This document shows, one piece after another, positions 1-8,885 of a stretch of 44,231 bases of DNA. The position numbers and the translations under genes are program-made. This stretch comes from Candidatus Vogelbacteria bacterium. GTDB lineage: Bacteria > Patescibacteriota > Minisyncoccia > Phycocordibacterales > UBA12445. Each line of letters begins with the position of its first letter. The first letter of the stretch is position 1. The notes below the pieces were generated by a model. The model was not told the DNA's origin, ran no database searches, and worked only from the letters and a program-made list of their open reading frames with translations. The stretch is from positions 1-44,231 of the forward strand of contig JACQCV010000032.1 in NCBI GenBank assembly GCA_016201465.1, read 5' to 3'.

Positions 1-65
1 CTCTCCTCGCACTCACTCCGGACTACCAGAGGCTATGACGACCAGTTAGTGCTGGGTTGCCTGGT

Positions 66-94
66 AAAATAAAACCCCCAACTAAAAGTTGGGG
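66..94 (-). terminator. Rho-independent terminator after ABC exporter gene
   Basis: 8-bp stem CCCCAACT/AGTTGGGG (76-83/87-94). On the minus strand it is followed by a T-rich run (plus-strand aaaataaaa 66-74), 10 nt past the stop at 104. Confidence 0.6.
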
Positions 95-103
95 TATAAT
101 AAA

Positions 104-1906
104 TTACATGAACATTTGCGTTTCAACGAGTGTACGATATATCTCACAATTTTTCATCAGATCTTCGTGCTTACCCACTCCAACAACTCGCCCTTTGTCC
201 ATCACAATAATCTTATCCGCATCACGAACCGTTGAAAGTCTGTGAGCAATAATTATTGTAGTCCTTCCAAGTGATACTTCGTCTGTGGCTAATTTTATAA
301 TTTTCTCATTTATCGAATCTATGTTTGACGTAGCCTCGTCTAGAATAAGAATCGCGGGGTTTTTAATAATTGCCCGAGCGATACCAACCCTCTGTCTCTC
401 TCCACCAGAAAGCTCTATGCCATTCTCTCCTATTTCAGTTTCAAAACCTTCCGTCAAACGATCATAGAACTTGTCTATGCACGCAAGCTTAGCAACCCTC
501 TTTAAATCTTCATTGGTTATTGCCGCTCTTTGAGCAGCCGATAGACCGAACAAAATGTTGAATCTTAGGCTATCGTCAAATAATCCAACGTTCTGCTCAA
601 CTAAACCTATGCGACTTCTATAGTCTTCTATCTTGAGGTTTTTTAAATCCTCTTGATCTATTAGTATACGCCCAGCGTTAGGATCGTAAGCCCTCAAAAG
701 CAAATTTATGATGGTGGATTTACCGGCACCAGAAGATCCAACAATCGCGACCTTACTCCCAGCCTCTACCTTAAAACTAATATTCTTTAGTGTGTCCAGA
801 TCAACATTATCGTCTTTACCAATCTTAGAATTAGTCTCCTCCGTCTCAATATATCTCACCTTCGGATAACTGAAAGAGACGTTTTGAAATTCAACCGTAC
901 CAACCTTAGGATATCCTGGCAAAGCGCTTGAAACGTTTTTAATCTCCGGCTCTATATCCAAAATTTGAAAATAGATTTTAACGGCTGCCATCATATCCAA
1001 ACAACGACGGTGGAGATTACCAAGATTTGTGATATTTCCAAAAATCATTTGGGACCAGCCACTCACAATAATAAGATCACCCGGGGTTAAAACCTTCAAA
1101 GTTTCCACATAGTAAAAGCCGAAGTAAAGCACAAGGACGTGTGTTAGAATCATGGAAAGATTGCGAAGAAAATTATAGAAGTGATACTTAATGAAAAGCG
1201 TGATACTGCGTTCGTCATAATGTTTTTTGGTATCCTGAAAGAGATCAACTAAACTTATACCCTGCACATTGAGTATCACTAAAGAAATGTTTCTAAGTAG
1301 CTCGCTTCTTATCTTTTCTGATTTTTGAGAAATTTTTTCCAATTCCTTCATCTCTGGCCAAAATCGTTTGTTCATAAACCAGGAAATGACCAAGAATACA
1401 AAAGAGCCAGTAAATGTAATCAGAGCAATCTGCCAATTAATAAAAATTACAAATAAGCTAGCCAAAAATATCAGACAAAAAATTGGGCAGATTTCGTACA
1501 CAAAGGTAAAGGCTAAAGACGAAAGTGAGTGCTCGCCCTTATTTACCACACTCGCGGTAACGCCTGAATGTTGAGACCTATGTTGGCCAATAGAAAGATC
1601 TAGTACTTTCTCTAGAGTCTTAACTGCCATATGGCGTCTAACCGAGAAATCTACCGCCGACAATTCGTAGTTGTCTTTGAAGGTTCTGACACACAGAGCT
1701 ACAACTGACACGATACCGAAGAGAACAATCAATCCTCTTTCGGCACCAAAACCAGCACGGCTGTACAAAAGATTAAAAGTCTTACCAACAATATATGGTC
1801 CCAGCAAAGACAGAGCCTGCATGAATATCAACAGGAAAGCAATTACCAACATGCCAAATCTAAACGGCTGATAAATCTCGTAAACCCGGGACAGAAACTG
1901 TCTCAT
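104..1906 (-). CDS. ABC transporter, fused permease/ATP-binding protein (type I exporter, MsbA/ABCB-like)
   Basis: 600-aa ORF with a multi-TM N-terminal half. The C-terminal NBD has Walker A GSSGAGKST, signature LSGGERQR, Walker B ILILDEATS and H-loop IIAHRLS. An AAGGAG SD lies upstream of the ATG. Confidence 0.9.
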   Translation of the reverse strand: MRQFLSRVYEIYQPFRFGMLVIAFLLIFMQALSLLGPYIVGKTFNLLYSRAGFGAERGLIVLFGIVSVVALCVRTFKDNYELSAVDFSVRRHMAVKTLEKVLDLSIGQHRSQHSGVTASVVNKGEHSLSSLAFTFVYEICPIFCLIFLASLFVIFINWQIALITFTGSFVFLVISWFMNKRFWPEMKELEKISQKSEKIRSELLRNISLVILNVQGISLVDLFQDTKKHYDERSITLFIKYHFYNFLRNLSMILTHVLVLYFGFYYVETLKVLTPGDLIIVSGWSQMIFGNITNLGNLHRRCLDMMAAVKIYFQILDIEPEIKNVSSALPGYPKVGTVEFQNVSFSYPKVRYIETEETNSKIGKDDNVDLDTLKNISFKVEAGSKVAIVGSSGAGKSTIINLLLRAYDPNAGRILIDQEDLKNLKIEDYRSRIGLVEQNVGLFDDSLRFNILFGLSAAQRAAITNEDLKRVAKLACIDKFYDRLTEGFETEIGENGIELSGGERQRVGIARAIIKNPAILILDEATSNIDSINEKIIKLATDEVSLGRTTIIIAHRLSTVRDADKIIVMDKGRVVGVGKHEDLMKNCEIYRTLVETQMFM

Positions 1907-1932
1907 TCTTTTCTCCTTTCAAAGAACTATGA

Positions 1933-2004
1933 TGCCCTCGGCGTGAATTGAACACACATCTACCCCTTAGGACGGGGCTGTTCTATCCGTTGAACTACGA
2001 GGGC
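1933..2004 (-). tRNA. tRNA-Arg (anticodon CCT), no encoded CCA
   Basis: Hand-folded cloverleaf on the minus strand: acceptor GCCCTCG/CGAGGGC, D stem GTTC/GAAC, anticodon stem GCCCC/GGGGT with loop GTCCTAA, T stem GTGTG/CACGC with loop TTCAATT, discriminator A. Total 72 nt. Confidence 0.8.
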
Positions 2005-2078
2005 GCATGAACTCAAACGCCTTTTAAACTAATGCAATTACTTTATAGTAATTTATAGCTTTTGACAACCAATTAAAC

Positions 2079-2106
2079 TTGACACTCTCTAGATCTTATA
2101 TATAAT
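2079..2106 (+). promoter_or_regulatory. Near-consensus sigma70-type promoter (TTGACA-16 nt-TATAAT)
   Basis: TTGACA at 2079-2084 and TATAAT at 2101-2106 with a 16-nt spacer. It faces the orphan unit 2130-2381. A second TTGACA lies at 2062-2067. Confidence 0.6.
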
Positions 2107-2129
2107 AATACACAGAGAGGAGGTACGGA

Positions 2130-2381
2130 GTGAAAACAAATCACCGTAGGCAATATGTAGACCCCGGATCATTTCGGGATAGATCCTGCCAGACCGTCGC
2201 CGTTTCGAAAATCACTGGTAAGTCGACTTCGATTCCTAACGATTTCAGCAATGGTCATCGTGGCCATGCGAAAAATATCCGCGGAGCGAAAAAGTTCATC
2301 CGCACTAGAGATCGAATCGCCAATAAGCATATCGCAATGAGAGAACTTCAAATAGTAATCGCGGAATCGGAAAGTGATTGA
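2130..2381 (+). CDS. Orphan 83-aa basic protein (GTG start); could instead be a structured ncRNA
   Basis: GAGGAGG SD 6 nt before the GTG. The unit lies between a consensus promoter and a strong terminator. No family recognised, and its codon usage and GC are atypical for the window. Confidence 0.4.
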   Translation: MKTNHRRQYVDPGSFRDRSCQTVAVSKITGKSTSIPNDFSNGHRGHAKNIRGAKKFIRTRDRIANKHIAMRELQIVIAESESD

Positions 2382-2400
2382 TGTCGATCGATCGTCACCA

Positions 2401-2438
2401 AGGCCGTTGTGTTGAAAACATAACGGCCTTTTTCTTTT
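2401..2438 (+). terminator. Rho-independent terminator of the orphan plus-strand unit
   Basis: Stem AGGCCGTT/AACGGCCT (2401-2408/2422-2429) followed by TTTTCTTTT. Confidence 0.75.
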
Positions 2439-2447
2439 AGGTGAAAC

Positions 2448-2750
2448 TTAACCTATTCTGCTCTTAACCAAAGAAATTACCTTATCGTAGTTGTCATTTT
2501 GTGATAACTTATTTCGCTTCTCATGACCACAAGCCATACATCTATGAACGAGGGCTTCCTCACCACCGTCTTTTTCGAATCTACTCGGCTCCATCAATCC
2601 ACAACATAAATCCAATCTGTCTCCAGGAATTACATCTACGTGCTTACTCCACAAACACTCCGGGCAATGATTTGTATACCCATTTCCAACGACAAAAAAA
2701 CTACATTTTTCGCATGTAAAATCTTCTTTATTTTTTTTAAAATTCTTCAT
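2448..2750 (-). CDS. RNHCP domain-containing zinc-binding protein
   Basis: 100 aa with CEKC ... TNHCPECLWSKHVD ... PGDR ... CCG ... HRCMACGH, the Cys/His pattern and NHCP motif of the RNHCP domain family. Confidence 0.75.
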   Translation of the reverse strand: MKNFKKNKEDFTCEKCSFFVVGNGYTNHCPECLWSKHVDVIPGDRLDLCCGLMEPSRFEKDGGEEALVHRCMACGHEKRNKLSQNDNYDKVISLVKSRIG

Positions 2751-2790
2751 ATTAAAATGATACCCCGACTTGCGCCGGGGCGAAACTTAT

Positions 2791-3135
2791 TCAATCTTCT
2801 ATCAGATCTGGATCAAGAATCTCCGCGTCATCTTCGTCATCATCAGTAAGAGACTCACAGACGTCGCCGTCAATCGAAAGAGAATCATAATCAATTCTCA
2901 AAACTAACTCATTCTTACCAGACTTCTCGTCTGGCTCAACGATATAGTCGAAGTGTCTAATGCGCGGGGTAGAATTAGCACTTGTCCCGCCTTCATCAAA
3001 GGTCCCTAGCCATTTTTGGAGTCTACGGTTGACGCGCAAGTACATCTCATTATCTTTCTCCTTGCGCGAGTCACCACCCCATCCATCCGTAACAAACGTC
3101 TGTCCCCTAATGACCTTAAATGTTTTATCAGCCAC
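2791..3135 (-). CDS. Hypothetical protein with strongly acidic C-terminus
   Basis: 114-aa ORF starting 4 nt after the stop of the upstream gene (3139). No recognisable family. C-terminal DDDEDDAEILDPDLIED tail. Confidence 0.55.
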   Translation of the reverse strand: MADKTFKVIRGQTFVTDGWGGDSRKEKDNEMYLRVNRRLQKWLGTFDEGGTSANSTPRIRHFDYIVEPDEKSGKNELVLRIDYDSLSIDGDVCESLTDDDEDDAEILDPDLIED

Positions 3136-3138
3136 TAC

Positions 3139-3642
3139 TCATTCTCCTTTCGCCAACTCCGCAGCAAGAATCTCTTGCCATGAATCTACCTTCTTGACCC
3201 GACCAAAATAGTGAGCAAATCGCCGCATTTCATCTGGTCGTGGCTGAAATAGGTAAAGAGTATCAACCTTGATCAAACTGCCCAAAACCTCCAATCTGTC
3301 GTCGACGAAATTGGTAATACCCAACTTCTCACAAATACCCGCCTTTTGCCATCTTTCACGACAAAAATACAAATGATCTCGACGAATACCAGTTAGCTCA
3401 TAGAATCGATGGTGATCCAACCATCTCAAGGTTTTTTCCTGAACCTTACGGCCACACTTAGAGACAAGAAAAACGTTACTGCCAAAACGCTTTTCGACGA
3501 GCTGTCGTAAAGCATCAAAAGCCCCTGTCACCGCAGTAGTCTTCAGATAATTATCAGAAAAAAATGAGGTGTCGGTTCCATCATTGACCCGATCAATAAT
3601 AACCCCACCAATATCGACACCCAGAATTCTTCGATCTCGCAC
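3139..3642 (-). CDS. HAD-superfamily-like small hydrolase (nucleotidase-like fold), atypical motif I
   Basis: 167 aa. N-terminal ILGVDIGGVIID sits where HAD motif I (DxDGT/V) is expected. It has an LVSK Ser/Lys pair and a late FVDDR acidic motif. Overall length and order match NT5C-like HAD proteins. Confidence 0.5.
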   Translation of the reverse strand: MRDRRILGVDIGGVIIDRVNDGTDTSFFSDNYLKTTAVTGAFDALRQLVEKRFGSNVFLVSKCGRKVQEKTLRWLDHHRFYELTGIRRDHLYFCRERWQKAGICEKLGITNFVDDRLEVLGSLIKVDTLYLFQPRPDEMRRFAHYFGRVKKVDSWQEILAAELAKGE

Positions 3643-3736
3643 CGATATCTCCTTTCAATGTACCGTTTCCGATTCAAACACTGTATCTAAATTTTTTAAG
3701 ATCATAGCATATATAGCTTATAACGTCAAAGTACCC

Positions 3737-4756
3737 CTACTTTTTCCTGACTTCAACACTTTTTAGATACTCCTGAATTACCGGGATTTTACTTAAATAA
3801 TTTTCAAACATGTCTACATACCCATTATCTAAATATTCCCCGGCATAGTCACCAGCCTCTTGAGGGTACTCCATGATCGGAGTTGTTAAATAGCCACCAA
3901 ATGCCCAGTCAGCCTTAAGTCCTGTAGATGTTACCTTCGACTTAGCAACCTCAATTCCCCCAATCCAAGCCTGCCCCTTATTATTCCTACAAAACATGAA
4001 ATTAAACTTGCCGTCCTTAGATGGGAACACGTCGACATGATAAGACCCCTGTTTTTCTGTCTCTTCGCTCCACTCCATAATTTTTTTCGAAAAATCTGGC
4101 GACTCATATTTTAAACCCAAATCCTTGGGTGGCGTTTTTTTATAGCGCGACCCATAAAATTTGCCAATTAACCTTTCCGGGTCCGGTTTAACATCATAGT
4201 AATAATCATTCTGGCTCTCGGCTGTTCCATAGTGAGTTGTTCTAATCAAACCGATAGTACCAAAAAGTATAGAATCTGGCTTAGACACTTCTACCACCCC
4301 ATTCAGGCGCAAATCATCCGACAGAGCTTTCTGTAAAGTTATAGGAAGATTTAAACTTTCCGCGTTACGTCCCTTACCATAACTTCCGTCCATTCCATAA
4401 TCGGGAATATACCGCCATACGCCATGTGAATTTGATCTGTAATATGATCGCGCCACGTAAAATTCTTTAGATGGAATATTGCTTGTCTTTGATTTAACAA
4501 ATGCCAAAATGCCCACCCTACCACCTCCAAGGTTGTACGGTACGGACAATGCAATCTCTCTATCATCTACAATGGTCACGTACTTAGGTAATAAACCTTC
4601 AATTTTTATATCTTCCTCTGAAAGTACTACTGATCCCTCTGCTGTGATACATAAATTTGACATTACCCCATTTACATAATTCTCATCAACAGACTCAAAA
4701 ACCAGGCTATTAACCTTATCATATTTTACACCTGGTGATTCTACTTTGTTTTTCAT
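3737..4756 (-). CDS. Hypothetical protein (339 aa)
   Basis: Long ORF. The start was moved to ATG 4756 (MKNKVESPG..) because the longer reading runs through tRNA-Gly. No SD and no recognised domain. Confidence 0.6.
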   Translation of the reverse strand: MKNKVESPGVKYDKVNSLVFESVDENYVNGVMSNLCITAEGSVVLSEEDIKIEGLLPKYVTIVDDREIALSVPYNLGGGRVGILAFVKSKTSNIPSKEFYVARSYYRSNSHGVWRYIPDYGMDGSYGKGRNAESLNLPITLQKALSDDLRLNGVVEVSKPDSILFGTIGLIRTTHYGTAESQNDYYYDVKPDPERLIGKFYGSRYKKTPPKDLGLKYESPDFSKKIMEWSEETEKQGSYHVDVFPSKDGKFNFMFCRNNKGQAWIGGIEVAKSKVTSTGLKADWAFGGYLTTPIMEYPQEAGDYAGEYLDNGYVDMFENYLSKIPVIQEYLKSVEVRKK

Positions 4757-4765
4757 AAAATTTTT

Positions 4766-4839
4766 TGGTGCGAGTGAGGGGAATCGAACCCCTGTCCGAT
4801 GCTTGGGAAGCACCAGTTTTACCACTAAACCACACTCGC
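4766..4839 (-). tRNA. tRNA-Gly (anticodon CCC), CCA encoded
   Basis: Minus strand: acceptor GCGAGTG/CACTCGC, D stem GTTT/AAAC, anticodon stem GGTGC/GCATC with loop TTCCCAA, T arm AGGGG-TTCGATT-CCCCT, then ACCA. Total 74 nt. Confidence 0.85.
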
Positions 4840-4842
4840 TAA

Positions 4843-5229
4843 TTAAAATCCAATTAACTTTAAAAACTTACCCCAAATACCGTCACCATCTCGTGGTGTC
4901 TGACTTGCATCGGTAGCTGACACTGGATCATCTACCACAACCAACACTTCCTCCCCATTTTTCGTTACTTGAAACTTACTCCGAAGCTCCTCCTCGATAC
5001 CTCGGCTTGTCTTCAATTTAGCAATTTCAGTCTGCAACCTCTCTTCCTTATCCTTTAAGATGTTAAGTTTTCGCTCGGATTCGATTCTATTTATATTAGC
5101 GACCTGATCCTTTTTGTAAATACCATAAACACTATTTGCTATCACACTGGCCACTGTTAGCAACAAAATAGAAAAGATTGGGGATTGAAAGAAGTGCCTA
5201 CGATTTCTTCTTTCTTGTAAGTTAAGCAT
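4843..5229 (-). CDS. Septum formation initiator (FtsB/DivIC-like) cell-division protein
   Basis: 128 aa with an N-terminal TM helix, then a coiled coil (ERKLNILKDKEERLQTEIAKLKTSRGIEEELR) and the FQVTKNGEEVLVV motif typical of the FtsB/DivIC family. Confidence 0.7.
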   Translation of the reverse strand: MLNLQERRNRRHFFQSPIFSILLLTVASVIANSVYGIYKKDQVANINRIESERKLNILKDKEERLQTEIAKLKTSRGIEEELRSKFQVTKNGEEVLVVVDDPVSATDASQTPRDGDGIWGKFLKLIGF

Positions 5230-5252
5230 TAGTATATTATATTATACTGACG

Positions 5253-5369
5253 ATGTTATTCAAAAAAAGAAATAAAAAAAGGATAAATATAGCTTGGGGA
5301 GTGCTCTGTCTATTTATCATTGTTAGTATGATCATTCTCTATATCCCGGGACTATTTGGTAGATTTTAA
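5253..5369 (+). CDS. Possible 38-aa single-TM miniprotein
   Basis: ATG..TAA ORF below the track cutoff: MLFKKRNKKRINIAWGVLCLFIIVSMIILYIPGLFGRF. Basic N-terminus plus one hydrophobic helix. No SD; overlaps the lepA stop by 4 nt. Confidence 0.2.
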   Translation: MLFKKRNKKRINIAWGVLCLFIIVSMIILYIPGLFGRF

Positions 5370-7159
5370 TCTGACGATCTCATTACCTTAAGGAAAACAT
5401 CTTGAGGAATGTTAACCTTGCCAAGTTTCTTCATTTTGAGTTTACCTTTTTTTTGTTTTTCTCTAAGTTTCATTTTTCGTGTTATATCTCCACCATATAG
5501 ATAACCGGCAACGTCTTTTTTCATCCCAGAAACCGACCGAGATGCCAGTATTCTGCCCAAGGCCTGTGCCTGAATCTTAAAATCAAACATCTGTCTGGGT
5601 AGGGAGTTTTTTAATTTCTCTACAATTTTTTCCGCATCCTCTTGAACTATTCTCCTGGCGACCACTCTACTAAATGACGGATATAGCTCATCAGCAATGA
5701 TTACATCAAGCCTAACAACATCAGCCTCTCTAAGTCCAGCAACCTTATACGATAATGATGCGAATCCCGAAGAGACACTCTTAAGCTTGTCAAAAAAATT
5801 ACGCATTAGCTCCCTTAAAGGCATCTCAATTTCTATTGAATTCCTATTGTCACTAAAAACCTCAGTGGAACCGACAACCACCTCATGCTCATGGAACATT
5901 TGCATTATTTCTCCTAGGTACTGTGGTGGTGTAATGATTATAGCCGAAACCCATGGCTCACAAACCCTCTTTTTCACACTTTCATCCGGGAACAATGATG
6001 CGGCATGCACAATCTCCTTTTTTCCGGCATCAAGATACTCAATTTCATAACTGACAGTCGGAGACGTAATAACTAAAGATAAACCAAATTCTCTCTTCAA
6101 TCTTTCTGTAATAATCTCCAAATGTAACATCCCCAGGAAGCCACACTTGAATCCTCTTCCTAAAGAAGTTGACGATTCTTCTTCATATGCCAAAGAAGAA
6201 TCGGACAATTTCAACCGTTCCAATGCCTGTCTCAGTAAAGTGAAATCGTCTTGGCTTTCGGGATAAATAGATGCCCAAACAACTGGCCGAGGTTCCATGT
6301 AGCCAACCATTGCCGGTAACCTCTTATTTGCAAGCGTAATTGTGTCACCAACTTTAGTCTGACCAATTTTCTTAATTCCAGTCACAATATAACCAATGGA
6401 ACCAGCACTAAGTTCTGCACACGCTACCTTTCCTGGTATGAATATTCCAACCTCACCAACTTCGAACCTTTCATTTGATGCGAGAAAAACCATACTGTCC
6501 TTGGCTTTTATTGATCCATCAAATACTCTAACGTAAATAATTATTCCACGGTGAGCCGAATACTCAAAATCAAATACTAGTGCCCTAGATCCCGATCCAA
6601 CCGAGAGAGTTTCTCTGGGTGGAGGAATTCTTTCAATAATTGCCCTAAGCAAATTTTCAACTCCAAAACCGGTTTTACCAGACGTTTCCACAATTGATAT
6701 CGGGTCACAACCAAGAAGTGACATGATTTCATCCTTAACAATATCTAACTGAGCACTTGGTAAATCAACCTTATTGAGCACCGGAATAATAGCGACGCCC
6801 AGTTCTCTGGCCATAGCCAACACGGTAAGTGTCTGGGCCTGCACACCCTGAGTAGCATCAACGAGAAGTATCGCTCCCTCCACAGCCTTAAGGGACCTTG
6901 AAACTTCATATGAAAAATCGATATGGCCCGGCGTATCAATAAGATTTAAAATATATGGTACAGAATTTAGCGTATATTCCATTCGCACGGGCTGCATTTT
7001 AATCGTGATACCTCGTTCTCTTTCAAGTTCCATCGTGTCTAGTACCTGGTCACGCATCTTCCTACTTTCAATTGTTTTTGTAAACTCAAGCATCCTATCA
7101 GACAAGGTACTCTTACCGTGATCAATATGCGCGATAATAGAAAAATTGCGAATATTCAT
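5366..7159 (-). CDS. lepA: Elongation factor 4 (LepA)
   Basis: 597 aa with the GTPase motifs AHIDHGKST, DTPGH and NKVD, and the LepA-specific C-terminal domain (..GYLYGGDITRKMKLREKQKKGK). Confidence 0.95.
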   Translation of the reverse strand: MNIRNFSIIAHIDHGKSTLSDRMLEFTKTIESRKMRDQVLDTMELERERGITIKMQPVRMEYTLNSVPYILNLIDTPGHIDFSYEVSRSLKAVEGAILLVDATQGVQAQTLTVLAMARELGVAIIPVLNKVDLPSAQLDIVKDEIMSLLGCDPISIVETSGKTGFGVENLLRAIIERIPPPRETLSVGSGSRALVFDFEYSAHRGIIIYVRVFDGSIKAKDSMVFLASNERFEVGEVGIFIPGKVACAELSAGSIGYIVTGIKKIGQTKVGDTITLANKRLPAMVGYMEPRPVVWASIYPESQDDFTLLRQALERLKLSDSSLAYEEESSTSLGRGFKCGFLGMLHLEIITERLKREFGLSLVITSPTVSYEIEYLDAGKKEIVHAASLFPDESVKKRVCEPWVSAIIITPPQYLGEIMQMFHEHEVVVGSTEVFSDNRNSIEIEMPLRELMRNFFDKLKSVSSGFASLSYKVAGLREADVVRLDVIIADELYPSFSRVVARRIVQEDAEKIVEKLKNSLPRQMFDFKIQAQALGRILASRSVSGMKKDVAGYLYGGDITRKMKLREKQKKGKLKMKKLGKVNIPQDVFLKVMRSSD

Positions 7160-7202
7160 TAGTCGCTAAATCATAATGGAAAAGTGTCAAAAATACTAGC
7201 AC

Positions 7203-8885
7203 TTAAAGCTGATCCTGGTTTGGAATTGTAATCGATATAAAACCAAGCTTTTTTTTAAATGTTGATGCTAACTCGTGAACCTCCTGGTTGCCCAATATGA
7301 CCAAAACTGCTACCCCAGAAAGTATTGCGATACAAGCGGCAAAAGTTCCTTGAATCAACACCCCGACAAATGTATTAAGATTTAGGTATTGTGCAAGAAC
7401 AAATAGTGTCGCATGCCCCGTAATATCCATTACCAATGATGCAAGCAAGATATGTGAAAAAGTTCTCGCCAGATCACCAGAAAAATAAAACTTGAGATCC
7501 CTCCTAAGATAAAACCACTCAAGAGCAAAGTTAGCGAATGCTCCAATACTATATGCTAGGGGTAAAATCAAAACCTCCTGGCCAGTCACATCACTTATCT
7601 TAAGAAAACTTATAATACCAGAAAAAAGAGTTGGGAAAATAGAAAAAAAACTTGGCAACACTAAAGCAAGTACCACGATTGTCAAAGATCCAAACAAGTT
7701 GGTGACCACCGGAACTTTTGTTTTGTGGCGTGCGTAATAAGAACGATCTAGCATTAAAACAACACTTTGGAAAACAACACCGAGGGCAAAGACTGCAAGA
7801 CATGCCGCTGTCAATCTAGTGTCATTCCAGCCAAAGTGACCGCTCCCTAATATAACGCGGACAATCTGAGCACGTAAAACAATAAGGAGGGATACGAACG
7901 GCAAGACCCAAAATAATATATGCCTAATACCCACCAATACGCACTGCGCAAACTCCTCCAGTTTATTTTCCGCGCTAAGTCTCGAAAGTAACGGGAACGC
8001 GGCAACTGAATAGCTAATACCAATTAGAGATATCGGCACAGATTGCAAGTTATATGCGAAATTAAAAACGGCAATCGATCCGGAAGTCATATAAGAAGCC
8101 TTCATGATTAAAAAAGTGACCGCTAACTGAAGTGCTCCTAAACCAAGAGTTCTTGGAAGCGAACGTAAGATAACGACCTTAATATCTTCAAAATTAAAGT
8201 CTAGGATAAATCTTGGAAACAAACCACTTGAGATAATTGTCGGAACTTGTATAGCCACGTGTAAGAACGCCCCAAGTACAACTCCATACACAAGACCAGG
8301 AAAACCCCAAATCGGATAAAAAACTACAATTCCCATAATAATTCCCAAATTATATAAAATTGGACATAAAGCGAAAATCATAAATTTACGCTTCGCCTGA
8401 GTCACTGAGCCGAGTAAATTTGAAAGCCCAAGCAGTAGTGGAGAAAAAAGTAAAACCCGCACCGCAACCAATAACTGTGCCTGCTCAGAGGTTGAAAATC
8501 CGGGGACAAATAGTCGATTAAGCTGTGGTGTAAAAAGAAACACAACAACCATTGTTGGCACCATAATTAAAGTAAAGAGGGTGAACAAATTATCCATAAA
8601 CCGCTTATCCGCGATAATATCGTTACGACTACTTCTTTCGATTATAATAGGAATCAAAACAGTAACAGCAAGAAAAGATCCGACCGAAACGAAGATCAGA
8701 TCTGGTATCCTGAAGGCAGCGTAATAAACATCAAGAACGGTACTTGCACCAAAAGTATGGGCAAGCAATCTATCGCGTAATAAGCCTAAAAGCTGGGATG
8801 CCAACGATGCCAAACTTAGAAGAAAAGCGGCCTGATGCAGACCGCTAAACTCTCTATTGAAGAAATTAAGAATCCCTTTAACCAT
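7203..8885 (-). CDS. murJ: Lipid II flippase MurJ (MviN family)
   Basis: 560-aa polytopic protein. The N-terminus LLGLLRDRLLAHTFGASTVLDVYYAAFRIPDLIF matches the MurJ signature region. Confidence 0.85.
   Translation of the reverse strand: MVKGILNFFNREFSGLHQAAFLLSLASLASQLLGLLRDRLLAHTFGASTVLDVYYAAFRIPDLIFVSVGSFLAVTVLIPIIIERSSRNDIIADKRFMDNLFTLFTLIMVPTMVVVFLFTPQLNRLFVPGFSTSEQAQLLVAVRVLLFSPLLLGLSNLLGSVTQAKRKFMIFALCPILYNLGIIMGIVVFYPIWGFPGLVYGVVLGAFLHVAIQVPTIISSGLFPRFILDFNFEDIKVVILRSLPRTLGLGALQLAVTFLIMKASYMTSGSIAVFNFAYNLQSVPISLIGISYSVAAFPLLSRLSAENKLEEFAQCVLVGIRHILFWVLPFVSLLIVLRAQIVRVILGSGHFGWNDTRLTAACLAVFALGVVFQSVVLMLDRSYYARHKTKVPVVTNLFGSLTIVVLALVLPSFFSIFPTLFSGIISFLKISDVTGQEVLILPLAYSIGAFANFALEWFYLRRDLKFYFSGDLARTFSHILLASLVMDITGHATLFVLAQYLNLNTFVGVLIQGTFAACIAILSGVAVLVILGNQEVHELASTFKKKLGFISITIPNQDQL

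Noticed and set aside
1-72. GC-rich first 60 nt. This could be the 3' end of a plus-strand CDS (frame 1 is open to TAA at 70-72) or of an RNA gene (SRP or tmRNA-like).
   Set aside because: Too short to judge. I could not match SRP domain IV, tmRNA or RNase P hallmarks, so it is left unannotated.
57-2000. Plus-strand ORFs from the track inside the ABC gene (57-245, 285-467, 1368-1574, 1671-1871). Similar antisense or alternate-frame ORFs lie inside lepA, murJ, secD, glyA and others.
   Set aside because: All lie within long ORFs that carry unambiguous conserved motifs on the other strand or frame. They have no SD and low-complexity or odd composition, so they are shadow ORFs.
2107-2400. Identification of the orphan unit as RNase P RNA, tmRNA, SRP RNA or 6S RNA.
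   Set aside because: It has no GGAAAGTCC/ACAGAA-CCGGCTTA (RNase P), no GGGG..TTCGA..CCACCA ends or tag ORF (tmRNA), no GGAA-capped domain IV (SRP), and the ends do not pair into a long 6S-like helix.
4757-4825. N-terminal extension of the 362-aa track ORF (MVKLVLPKHRTGVRFPSLAP..).
   Set aside because: This stretch is the reverse-strand translation of tRNA-Gly(CCC). The start was moved to ATG 4756.
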